A DNA stretch of 63,405 nt, counting the filler, from Choristocarpus tenellus KU-1152 (lineage: Eukaryota; Protista; Phaeophyceae), in assembly GCA_964200185.2 (NCBI GenBank). It is 8 parts of 8 records of this genome, joined end to end, with 100 filler letters (N's around TTAATTAATTAA, not from the genome) between each part and the next. Parts side by side here need not be neighbours in the genome. Positions count along the whole stretch, not along the records: positions 33,860 to 37,565 come from CAXNAD020018400.1; positions 37,666 to 46,479 come from CAXNAD020004301.1; positions 46,580 to 60,489 come from CAXNAD020001326.1; 5 more parts are not named here. One strand, 5' to 3'. The notes under the pieces are model-generated. The model saw only the letters and a program-made list of their open reading frames with translations, searched no databases and had not been told where the DNA came from. The translations under genes and the position numbers were made by a program. Positions within the stretch are counted from its first letter, which is position 1. Each line of letters starts with the position of its first letter. Shown here piece after piece: positions 35,336 through 47,524 of the stretch.

Positions 35336-37565
35336 CAGAAGAAAGGGTAATATGATGTATGGCAGGTATAACAGTGGTACTTGTTTGGAATGATGACATT
35401 TGAGCCAGCCAGTCATATGTCGCTCCAAGAGCATCAAGAACTCTGTTATCAAGAAGGTCATCGTCAGGTCTTAAGGTGGACAACACTAAAGCTTCAACTG
35501 AGATAGTAACATCACCTAATTGGAGAGAAAACCTGATAAACCCCATGATGGTCAGAGCACTGCCATTTGAAGAACAAATGATTGCACCTGGTGGAATCGA
35601 TTCAATATGGAAATTCTGGAGAGAGTAGAGTGGGTACGTAAAGTTTTGAGAAATACGTGATATATCACTTGCTGTGTCCAAAGTTAGTGTGTCTGGCGCA
35701 GAACTATTTTTTCCTTCAACCCGAATATTTGTAGCTTGAAGAGCAGCAATCTTTGCCGAGGGAAACACAGGGTATACAGAGTGACTGGCGGAAATAGCAG
35801 AAACGGTAGTAGGAACAGTAAGCGGAATCGAAGGGACAGGGGCAAGTTCATGGGTATACTTTTTTCCTGTTAGATTGTTGGCTTCATGATACTTACCACA
35901 ATCGATAGTTTTAGACAATATAGAAGCAAAATCCTCACTGAACTGTTTTAGCTGAAGATGGTGTTGTAGTCCACCTTCGAAGAGGGCAATAGCAATTTTA
36001 TTGAAATATTTATGGTCACTAGAATTTAGAGATGAACGGCCAACTGCTGTAGTAAATCTACCAAGGTGTCGAAAACGTAGGACATATGCTTCGAGGGTTT
36101 CATCGAATTTTAGGAAATATTAGCCCACTGTCTGCCCCAGTCTCCCATCACATTTGCGTGAAGAAATGTATTGATAAATCCCATACATGATTGATCCAAT
36201 GTTTTAGGACCAACAATGGGAATAGGATCAGTGAAAATATTCTGCATTTGTGAATAGCACGCAATTGAGCAGGGGAACGCCGTTCAACTTTGCTCTCCAT
36301 ACTCTGAAAATATAGCACACTGGGATTTAAATCCCAAATCAGAGCCAAATAGGCCATACAAGCCTGATCAATGATTGATGGATCACGTTGTGAATCATGG
36401 AGTTGAAGTGTGACATGCATAAGGACTCTTGTCGGAAGAGTCGGTACATCAGTTGTAGGGGGGGGGAAGACAGGTACTTTTTTCTCTCTAACGACATTTT
36501 CAGCAAAGCAGTAGTGGGGGCAATAGATGTGGATTGCCTTACATTGGAAATATCCCTCGTTTCTGTCAATTTCCAAATAAGGTCCGTGTTTGGAGATCAT
36601 TTCTGTCAACGACTGCCTTCAGTTTGGAGTTGATGAGGTTGATGCACAAAACTCCAGCTGATGTGATTGACGATGGCACCGATGGTGTTGACAAAGGCAT
36701 CTGTACAGATGTTGATAGGACATGTACAGTTTGGGTAACAGGGGGTGTTAATGGTAAGGGTTTTTGACTGAGTGGGTGATTATCTGCTGACATCAATTGC
36801 TGGACCACAAGTTGGTCAACCACCCAGAAATCTGTGTCCACAAAGATTCCACATAATTTGTAAAGAAGAAATTTTCTTCCGTATTCTAAAATAACCTCAT
36901 CAAATGCTAAAGGACATTGGTCGTGGAATACTGGTAGCAAAACTGTTCGTCTGGTTCGTTCTCTTTGTATTCCTCCACCATGAGGCTCTGAAAACGATTC
37001 TCGGTTGTGTGGAAAGTGTTCTGTCGTCTCCTATATCGAACTATATGCCAGTCAGAATGATGTGGCATAGTATATAGGATAAGTACGGTGCACAAAGTAC
37101 GGGCAACGTACTAAGATTTCCCCTAATAGTACCATTAACGTTTTACAGCGTGCTCCTGAACTCACCTCCACAGGATGTGTAACTCAAATCCAATGACCTT
37201 AAAACTACGCTATAGAGGCATTGCCCTTGGTAACAGTTTGTAGGGTGTCAGGTAGCCTTCTCTCTTAATACTCCACTCAGTGCTTAGCTCAAAGCTCAAC
37301 TCAAAGTTTCATTCAAGATAAAAGACTGGTTAAGACGGGTAAAAATGTTTTCACTAAAAGCCCTCGTATTATTTTCATCATCCACCCAATTTCTTCGGTC
37401 TTCTATCCAACTGCTCTATACATACTCCAATCATAAACATTCATTCTGCAATTTCTTAGGAACTTTGACATTTTTCTTCTGTTGTAATGATGCGTTCCCA
37501 GTCAAGAGTCCATGATTTCATTGACGGACTTTTTCCGTTAGAATGAAACCATGGAAGTTCTTCAT

Positions 37566-37665
37566 NNNNNNNNNNNNNNNNNNNNNNNNNNNNNNNNNNN
37601 NNNNNNNNNTTAATTAATTAANNNNNNNNNNNNNNNNNNNNNNNNNNNNNNNNNNNNNNNNNNNN
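37566..37665. other. Artificial contig linker
   Basis: Same 100-nt spacer. Confidence 0.98.
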
Positions 37666-37751
37666 AAAAAATGGGTCCAAATTTTTTTGGGTGGCCCCAA
37701 GGGGTCAGAAGGGGGGCCAACAAAACACCACGGACAAAAAAACTTGGGTAG

Positions 37752-37782
<31 letters not shown>

Positions 37783-37910
37783 CGGATTGCAGACCAAATG
37801 CAATAGTTTGACCGGCAAGGATCTGGAAGGAGGGGTAATAAAGTTGGATATTGGCACAAACGTGTTCTTACCAATGACCTACCTCAACAGGGACAGATAG
37901 CTCCATTCTT

Positions 37911-38164
37911 GAGCCAAATTATGTTAGAGGGTAGCTCCGCGTCCAGTTGGGGGTCAAAATCCAATGTTGCGATTTTGATGTAATTTTACCTATCGTGATA
38001 GGAAGTGTCAATATCCATGTTTCGGACACACCTTTTCACAACGTATATATTTTACCTACTCCTAATCAATTTGGAGTAGGAAAATTTGAGTAAAATAACT
38101 TGGGAAGCCAAGCCCCAAATGGACAAACAGGGCAAAACTCGTACCCTCTATGATACTTTAACTC
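37911..38164 (+). mobile_element. MITE subfamily B, full-length (~254 bp)
   Basis: Imperfect TIRs GAGCCAAATTATGTTAGAGGGTA / TACCCTCTATGATACTTTAACTC, flanked by CTT...CTT. Confidence 0.75.
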
Positions 38165-38903
38165 CTTACTTCACCCAAGACACCTCAAATCTTAGTAAAG
38201 TATATTTCTGTCTTTTGTACATCTACATACATCATGCAACACAATCAACTCAACCCTCACAGTCAAACAGATTGAATATGCAAGCAGTAGGATAACGTCG
38301 TCGTATGACCACCCTACAATCCATTCTTCATGCCAAATTTGGGTATAACTTGGGTTCCCCCATGCAATGAAAAGAGAACTAAACTCATGAGGAAACTTTC
38401 TTCACTCTCCTACAATGGCACAACTGAACTCAACATCATATGTCCAACCTACAAATATGCATGTAATGCACACATACTTCAAGCAGTAACCTCAACACCA
38501 TTCCTACAATTGGTGCTACATAAAATACTTCAGGCAACACATCCCCTCACTTAGTGCTATCTCAGCATAGTCCCAAAATTTCCTTTTCCCATACATCTAA
38601 TCAACTCAAAGAGAAGATCTCAAAAGGCTAACATGACTGACTGGGTTGAAGTGTCGTACGCAATATACCTGCTGGATCCTAGACACCATTGTCCAATGTC
38701 CTACCTACTTCTATCCAAGGTGAAAGTAGAATGGAGATGGGAGAGTGAGTTCTTGGACATACCACACTCAACAATCGCCTATTGTACAAGGTATCCGTAC
38801 AAGGCTGGACCTCAAACCTTCCACACAACAACTAACGTGAGGAATGGAACACAGCATCAATCAACAAAACCACAAGTGTGTGACTGCCCATAGTGATCAT
38901 ACC

Positions 38904-39725
38904 GTGAACAAGCAAGTATTGAGGAAAGGGGACTGTTGTGGAAGGTCTAAGTACTCAGGTTAAGTACTCAGGTAGAGTCATGGATACCGAAGGATGAGTC
39001 AACAATAGACGTATCGCATACTGTACTTTCCATGCAATGCGTCCCCAAGAGGATTGTTGACTGGGGTAACCGGAGCGACCATATCATTGACGTGTCAAAA
39101 TCAATTTTTTTTTGGCGAACGTGGTTGTAGCAAGGGTGCGATAAAAAAATGTTTTGACACCCCAATACCCACACTACTCACGAGGTCGCACACTACGGTG
39201 CGGGTACGGTCCTGACCTTACCTAACCAAAACCTCACTTATATCCCGCTGTCGTCCATCATGATGGCCCCTGGGATCAAACGATCCACTTCAGTCCAGTG
39301 GTGCACCCTCGGTGCAACGTCCAAGCGCTCCACCTCCACAAGCATCTCCACTTCGCGCCGAGGGTCCAACGAGCTGTCCGCGTACCGCTTGACAACCTGT
39401 GTACAATCACAAAAACCACAAAAAGATACCCATAGGTGAGCATCACATCACTATATTGATATTGTCGGTTGTTTGTCGGTTGTTCTATCATGCTTGAGAT
39501 GCTTCTCCAGGATTCGTGCTCACCTCATCATTGCCGTTGTTCAGGCGATGCACGCTTCCGGTCGCTCCGGTCACCCCAGCCAGCACGAGATCATCTTGGG
39601 GACATATCGCATGGAAGGTACGGTACGAAACACGTCTATTGTTGACTCATCCTTCGGTATCCATGACTAGTTGAGTACTCAGTCTTTCCACAACAGTCCC
39701 TTTTCCTCAAGACGTGCTTGTTCAC
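38904..39725. repeat. Long inverted repeat (arms 38904-39080 and 39560-39725)
   Basis: AGTCATGGATACCGAAGGATGAGTCAACAATAGACGT is the reverse complement of ACGTCTATTGTTGACTCATCCTTCGGTATCCATGACT. Similarity extends ~170 bp. Confidence 0.85.
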
Positions 39726-42700
39726 TGTGTGATACGCCCCTGCACCAGTGTCCGCCGCCCTAGAATTGGGCAATCAGAGATTTTGGGCGAAAATTTAACG
39801 GACTGATCCAACAAAAAATGTCTTCATGGATAAGGCTGGGTCAAGTATGAGTATCATAGCGTATTGTTGCAAACGAATAGAGATGGGTCTATGCAACTTG
39901 TTGGATGGTCAGGTACACAATGGAATCTCAAAACCTACTACAACGCTGTACATAACTCAGATACTATCACTCTACGAACGGTGGTAATTCTACAGGTACA
40001 GTGCGGCAGCGGAGATTGCATACTGCAACTGTATACATATCATCCTATTGATGATGTCCAACTGTGATTTGTCCTTGTAGTGATGAATTTGTGTGGCATT
40101 CCTTCCGTTCACCTTGGAAAGGCATTTGTTGTTGGAGGTCTAAGGTACTAAAGTCACATCCAGTGGTGCATATACGTCCACTAATTTACTCACCTTCCAT
40201 CAAGGCAGTTACAGATTCAGATGCTCAAGGCCGTAGTGCTCCATCAGAGCTCTCCTGTATGGCCATACGACGTGGATATCTCCACACCCAGCTTCATATA
40301 TCCGCACCGGAAGTTCATTCATCGCTCCATTGGATTCTGTAAACAGAATACAGCCTGAAATACTAGACATGAACATGACGTACTATTCTTGTACAAATTT
40401 GTATGAGAACTGATGGGTACGATAACATCAAGACGATTACAGGCAAACGGAGAATCCTGCGTACGCCTTTCGTGGCACCTGTGGAAGATCCTCGCTTACT
40501 CGGTGCCTTCATCGTTTGAGAAATTGCAACTACCTACGAAACTGAAGGGGAAGATAAGAGAGAGGAGGATGGAGAAATCTTGGTGGTGATCATGCGGTCA
40601 ACATTACCACCTTGATTGAGGGTACCGACATCTCAGTTGAAAGTGGGGCTTATCCATAAGATAAAATAATTGATGGTACAGATTTATGGAGGATATATAT
40701 ATATATATATATTTCATGGAGGACTGGCATACAGGAGAAATCAAAACAGGTGCAACTCACCATAAAAAGAGACCACAGTCACATTGCACTAGTGACACCA
40801 TCCACAGTGGAGCCTTGAATGGATCGGTTTGGCGTCCAGCTTAGCACCCTCCTCCATCAATCTATCTGTCAATCAATTCAATCCAACAAACAGTGTGTAC
40901 TTGGTGAGGAAACAATAGTGCAATAAGTTGGACTAGCACCTCGGACCAGTTCAGGGCAAGGTATGGTCAAGGAAATATAGTATAGACCTCCTTGTCCCAA
41001 CATAGATACAATCACATAATATACCATGGAGTATGGTATTATATCTCTGTCAGTGAGTTCGAAAGTGTCCCATTTTGGTTTGCTATGATCCAACCTGTAG
41101 TCTGAGGTGCAGAAGTATCTGCTTGTGGACTTGGCAGCTCTGCTATCAATCCTATCAATCCTGTCAACGAATGGTCCGCCCGACACTGTACCCTGTGAGT
41201 CTGTAGCAGGTAGATCTCCCAAGCAAGGCGTTGTGGGAAAATGTTCTCACCTCAGTGGTGAGTATAGATTGTAGTATATTATAAACCCAAGCAAATATGA
41301 ACACCACATTTTGAATAACAACTTGAATATGGTCAAAGGAATATTTCATGTGGTCAAATGAAATGGAAATATCAAAGAGTACACAAATCAAAGTGCATGA
41401 AATACCGAGGTTCTTAGGGATTCTTGAGTTGAGTGTGTAGTGCAGAGACACACAAGAAAATACGCCAGCCTCAATTTTACTCCTTAGACCTTGATCTTCA
41501 GTCTATATTAATCACGATAACATTTAATCAAAGCTACTCACAACACCCAAATCTAGCACTCAACGCCAGGTGTTAACCTAGAATATTGAGACAATTTGGC
41601 CTTCAACAGATGCTATCCGTTACAATGCTAGTGCTGTCTCTTGCTCTAATTGATTAAGATGTCGATGGTTCAGACAATATTTGTTTTGGGTCAGTTGGCT
41701 CTATCGCGCCCATTGTCTATAAATCAATGAAGTTCATTTGCTGTGTAAGGCCGACTGTCTATCGCAACGCTTTCAAATAACCTCTGTTGCCAGGCTGACG
41801 TTTGGCAACCTTTACTCTATACTGCCCTTGTCCAGTATAGCACTAAGATATTTGTTCTGTGACAACTTCTTAGTAATAACATTAGAATTATTGCGTAGGA
41901 CCGATTTGACATCCAAAGAATCCTCCTCGATATTCTTTCACACATCGGTTCATCAGTCTGGTTAATCGGAGAAGGTGACAATAGAAGGTATTTGGTAGCA
42001 AGGAATGAAGGAAAAATGCAAACGAAAAGATACAGAGTGTACATCAATGGTACTAGCTGGTCATAACATCATTTGTAGTAGGGCAAATGCTCGAGCCCAT
42101 ACATTTGCTCCATATTAACGGCGCCCTTTGTCCAGTGAGCTCTCAGGTCCATTTCCTCCTTTACATGTGTTGTCCTGGAGAACCCTCGGTACTTTTTCTC
42201 CATATCTTGGAACAACTTCAGTTTTCCAAGGCAACAGTGGTAACCACTTGCTACATAACATCTGTAGCCTGGAGATTGACTAAGATTTTAATCATGTACC
42301 TACAGAAGTAAGACTTTAGGAAGCCAAAAACAAGCAAGACAATTTGTACTAACAAACATATGTTAAAAACGCCTTTCAAGGTGTGGAGAACCCCCTGATT
42401 GTTTTTTTCTGTTCTGTAGTTGGCAAGTTATTGCGATAATAATGTGGGTGCGGAAAACGTCATTCCCTCGTGCGTCTGGACGAATAAATTGCGATATTCA
42501 GAACAAACCCGATACCCTGTAAGAGGAAACCTCAAAAATATGTAGTACATAATTTGTAGTAGTAGGGATGGTAATCTCACGAAATTGACATCCTACATGA
42601 ACAGTGTAAGAGTAAACGTTAAACTATCCTACGTAAGCATATAGTTTCTCAGGCGTCACGGCCTAGTATAGGGGGTTAGCTGCATGAATGGGAAATTGGG

Positions 42701-44207
42701 TGTCAGGCAGGTGATTGCAAGGGCACCAAGTACTTGAGAGAGACAAAATCACTCTCCCTGTAAGATAGGTTGGCTCATCCCCACACAATACATCATGGAA
42801 GTGGTAGTAGTCTAATCTCCTTACAAACAACAAATAGCCTTTTCTGGATATTGTTGATATCTTATTCAAGTCACTTGCTGCTGCAAGAGAACCTGCTGGG
42901 GCGACATGAGCCTATTACATATTGTGTTCAAAATGCAACAAAGTCAAATTGGAAATAGTTGTCCCTGCTGGGGTGCAACCGTATCCCCACAAAGCACTCT
43001 ACTGTACAACAGAAGAAGTATAATTCTACCTAGTCATCCCTACCCCATTCCCACCAATACCCCTACACCCACTACCCTGTCGTTGTTCGCACCCACCTCA
43101 TCCCTGCACCTCTGCTAGCAGATCAAGAAACTTCATTCATGCCAGTCCTGCCACCTTTTCATAGCCCACGTGTGTGAGGAAGGCACCCGAGACTTCAGTC
43201 CTCAACTTCAACACCCCGTGAAGCATCTGATGACATCCCTCCAAACAGAAATGTGATCTTCCCTTCAATTTCAGTATCCGGTGACGTCCACCAACCATGT
43301 AAGATGACTCCATTGCCTGTTATTTTGATTTTCCTATGGTCCATTGTGACTTCAAAACTCACCCCTGAAAAGATGGGTCGCCTTGAACCTGGGGCCTGGG
43401 TACAACATTCTGGTGAGAGTTGAAGAAGAGAACATATCCAGTGGTTGCAAGAAGTTTTCTGTCGGTTGCAATGCTATCAAAAACACCGTTTTTTGTTTGA
43501 CGGCAATCTTGGGTTTGTGTTCACATCAGAGAATCTGCTTACAAATTGGCTACATGACTTCCCTGTGTCGCTGTGACTCCTGGTGGGTGTTTGAAGATTA
43601 CTTATCTATTCAAAGTGAAAAAAGGTAAGGCCCAGGTCACGTAGACCAAAATGTTAGTGGCTATCTGCACATTCATACACAACATAGACTTCTATCGGTA
43701 TTAGTATAGTTCCTAGTACTTGCGTATGTGTTAGACATCTGTGACCCTTGGCTGGCTACACACTATCGTGGACCAGACAATGAGGATAGTAGTACTGCAT
43801 ATTTCAATTCTCCAGTGGTTGCAGGTTACAGGGCCGAGTAACAGAACTGAAGTTAGCGTATGAGCATCTTCGTGCACGATCTCAGTACGAAAATTGAGAG
43901 AGCAAAGGAAAACATACTTCAGATCACTCACTCCACTAGGTTCCCATTCATTGGCAAAAGTTGAGAATGACCGAAAGAATGGGGGACTAGTTCCATACTC
44001 AGGTCTTCAAGATGCAGCACCTGAGTACTCTTCTTACCCTTGGTTGTGGAATAGCGTACACCTGTACAATGATAGGGTAGGGAACTTGCTCTTCAAACAC
44101 ATCAGACAATTGTATACTCATTATGATTCTTGTTTTTCGAGTATATGAGTATTTCGAAGAGTACTCAACAAATATCTTTGGTTGTAGCGAATATGGGTTG
44201 AATATAT

Positions 44208-44239
<32 letters not shown>

Positions 44240-44879
44240 TTCAAACTTGATATCCAAGGACTGGTTTTTCAGATATTGTCGAATGTTTTTGTACTAGGAG
44301 TGGAGTGTGTGGAGGGTGGTGGGACACACAAGCAAGGCCACGAAACACTTTCATGATGTGGTAATGATTCATGAGTGTGTCCTTGAATGTTTCAAGGACA
44401 GCGGGGGTGAGCACCAAGATCATGGCAATATGTCGATCCATCTGTCGAACAAACCTCTTGTCTATCTCTGGAGGATGAACCATGGTTGGAAAAGAGGCAA
44501 AGGGTGGGATGAGAACTACCAAGGTCGTCAGGGGCTGATATGACCCACGTTGAGGTCATCACTGAGCAGAAGAAAGCAAATCATACTCAGGAGAGGAGAA
44601 CAATATAGCCTGCTGGATCAAGGCCTAATATTTAGCTATTCTCCAGAGTGTAATGAGAAGGAAAATTCCTTAACCAATCTGTATACTCGATCTGTTTTTG
44701 AGGAAAATGAGTATTTTCCAAATTCAAGGTCACATCGAGTCATTCAAAAGTAACAACTAGATATCTACCAAAACCCTCAAGAAATCATCTTCAGAGGTCC
44801 AAACCCCAGAGAACAAGGAAGCTATTGTGAGTTGGAGGAGGTTGGGAACAGCTAATGATCTGGGTTAGGCGAGCAGCTA

Positions 44880-45100
44880 CAGAAAGACCCTTTTCCTAAG
44901 GCCAACACACCAGAGTGGGTGGGCCACTCTTTTCTGTCTCATCCTTCTGTCAATGCATATCTGTAACAGAATATCAGACATCGTAACAAGGCAGTGTGTC
45001 TGGCAGTAGTAGTGGGAAGAGAGTATGCAAGGAAATGGATGAGTATCTCGAAATTCATTTTTCTGGATTGGGTCCATCAACAGTCAAAAGGGGCTTCACG
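44880..45100 (-). mobile_element. LINE 3' zinc-knuckle remnant related to 20740-21120
   Basis: HCLVTMSDILLQICIDRRMRQKRVAHPLWC resembles TCPSIPDIFCQDCQRENKDSDREHPLYTC. Confidence 0.35.
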
Positions 45101-45772
45101 TTGTTTACTTGACTCTTGGCCCTCTGCTGCCTTGCCTCGTGCATGTATTTATTACCATAAACATCAAAAACAAAAATCAACCAACACATTCTGATGAAAA
45201 GGTAATCCTGACCTGATGGGGGTCGTTTCAAATAGTTTGTGGTAGTTGTGGATGATACAGAGTATAGTAATGGTGACGGGTTCCATTCTTGACTTGACAC
45301 AGTGGCTTGCTAGACTCTGCCCTTGGTTTGCTGTCTAGTGTCTACGTGTACATAAATGTGCCATGTAGCATGTAGTGGACCTCCACAGTAGTCACCTTTT
45401 TTCATACTGGGTACATGTTTTGGGGAGTGAGAAGGGGGCAGTAGAGGTACACACTCACTTCCGGGATGGGTCTCATCATATTATATCACAACTGAGGCAC
45501 TCTTTTTGGATGGGTGATCCTCATGTCACTGGCATGTGGAGGTTTGGGCAATATTGAGGGGGTTGGGAGAAAGGGGGAAGAAGAGGGCTCAATACTGCTT
45601 ACATAGCCGGTAGATATGATAGCCCTCCTCCATAGGTAACTGCTATATTCAGTAGTCTGTTCTTATCCTGTTCTTGTTGCGTCTTATCCCCCCCTTGCCC
45701 CTGTCTGGCCAATGTTTCATAGAGGTGAGGGGTTAAGTCCTTCATAGTTGAACAGTGATGACAAAATGCTTT

Positions 45773-45949
45773 TGGCGCAAAGTATCATATGGGGGTGGAG
45801 GCTGTCCATTTGGGGTCCATTTTTTCATGTCGCAATTTATGTGTGACTTGGTTGCATGCATTGGATGGATAATGTAAGTGCACCTTTCCTGGTTATGACC
45901 CAAATGGACACCTTGGTGTAGACCCCCCCCCACCAGATACTTTGGGTCC
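45773..45949 (+). mobile_element. MITE subfamily A, full length
   Basis: TIRs GGCGCAAAGTATC / GATACTTTGGGTC with TTT flanks. Confidence 0.85.
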
Positions 45950-46479
45950 TTTCTGTTACAAGGTGGTGGTGTTGTTTGTTGACGTTACAAGTTGTGAGTA
46001 TGGGAGATGTATTTATGTTTGGACTTGAATGGTGCAGGGACGGTGGTCCAGGGGGTATAAGATCTGAAGACTTGATGTGGCTGTAAGCTAAATTATATTA
46101 TTTTTCTTTACAAGTGTATTCGTATTCTCAATGTTCACTGTGATATTTTCCAACTTTTTCTTGCCTGGATTTGCTAAAAGACTCAAAACATGCTCAGGGG
46201 TTGGGAAATAAGTTCGCTTTTTCCTTTTTCCCTGTCCTCTTTTGAATGATGTGCCTTGAGGGGTTGAATTACATACCTCAGTACAATTACTGACAGGAGG
46301 TTTAATGAGGTTTGTGTGTTGTACTACTGTGTGAGTTGGTTGTGGTATTTCTAATATCAAATCTCCTGTTTGTCACCTTTGAGAGGTCAACCTTTCACAC
46401 ACACACAGACCCCATAGCTAGATATGTACGTTTTGTGATCATCATCAAATTATTGCATAGGCCTGTACGGAGCCCCCCC

Positions 46480-46579
46480 NNNNNNNNNNNNNNNNNNNNN
46501 NNNNNNNNNNNNNNNNNNNNNNNTTAATTAATTAANNNNNNNNNNNNNNNNNNNNNNNNNNNNNNNNNNNNNNNNNNNN
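46480..46579. other. Artificial contig linker
   Basis: Same 100-nt spacer. Confidence 0.98.
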
Positions 46580-46766
46580 TATTACTAATATCGTATATTG
46601 TTCGTACTTATCAGAACTCAAGAAACAATCCTCACACTCTACGTCTGTTACAAGTGTTCGTATTTCCTGAAACATAACAAGAAAATGCTCGCTCTATTCG
46701 CGTGTAACAAACGTTTACACTTCGTTGAAATACAAGAAGAAAAGCTCGCGCTATTCGCCTGTAACA
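46580..46766 (-). mobile_element. LTR 5' terminus with internal tandem units, same family as 34290-34360
   Basis: AAGAAAATGCTCGC.CTATTCGC.TGTAACA is repeated about 3 times; the minus strand starts TGTTACA. Confidence 0.55.
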
Positions 46767-47524
46767 GGAGTACCCACTAGCGATCCCACAAAAGCTGCAT
46801 GCTGGCGGTGTCTTATAGAGGAAAGGCCTAGACCCTCTGAACATGTACACATCTGTACCTACACTTACTTGCTGATATCCTCCTAGGCGGAGATATCCAT
46901 ATTCACACACCCATCAAAGAACTCAGTTGACCTAGTCGAGTCTGCCACCTCGAAGATCTTCCTATTATGCAGATCCATGGAAGATCAAATCAATCGTTAA
47001 CTGTGTTGCCCCTGTTCCTGCCTTGCTTCTAGTGCTCCGACGGTTTGACGCTCCGTCTCCTCCCTTGAATCTTTTGTTGGACCTAGTTCGAGTTTACACC
47101 TTGATTTTGGTCGACCGTTTTTTGGTGTACCGCAAACAGACAGGATAATACTAAAAGTACAGATACGCGATCTCCTCGACTTCACTCATAGAACATCTTT
47201 GAACTAGATTTTGCGAGAAGTAGTCTGGTGTCGAAGGGGTTCGAACCCGCTATATTCATGGAAGTTGTCATGATCACTAAGTCACAAGGTTACTTTACGT
47301 ACTCACACAGAGCTATTTCCTCCCCCGGAGGTAAACAGTACAGGAATTGAACTTAGAAAAAGTTCGGAATAACCAGTATGATATAAAATGGTTGAATGTT
47401 GGGAATTACTGAAATTATATAAAGTGGTTGAATGTCGAGAACCAAAGAGGTCGAAACACCACCTCGACTGACCTCTGACCTAATCTCATCAAAGCCCCAA
47501 GTACGGGGACGTATTATTCCAAAT

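Larger units (their letters stand above)
33880..37470 (-). mobile_element. Decayed, internally deleted Ty3/Gypsy LTR retrotransposon (gag-protease) with diverged LTR-like direct repeats
   Basis: Aspartic-protease-like LTLDTASDISRIS..SNGSALTIMGFI..LQLGDV..LLDNRVLDALGA in ORF 35199-35918. Direct repeats at ~33980-34200 and ~37245-37460. A candidate PBS TGGTACTATTAGGGG lies at ~37134-37120, and a purine-rich tract at 34360-34380 precedes the minus-strand LTR start. Confidence 0.65.

Noticed and set aside
47225-47320. tRNA gene (GGTTCGAACCC B-box, weak A-box on the minus strand)
   Set aside because: No convincing acceptor or anticodon stems; at most a decayed tRNA-derived SINE.
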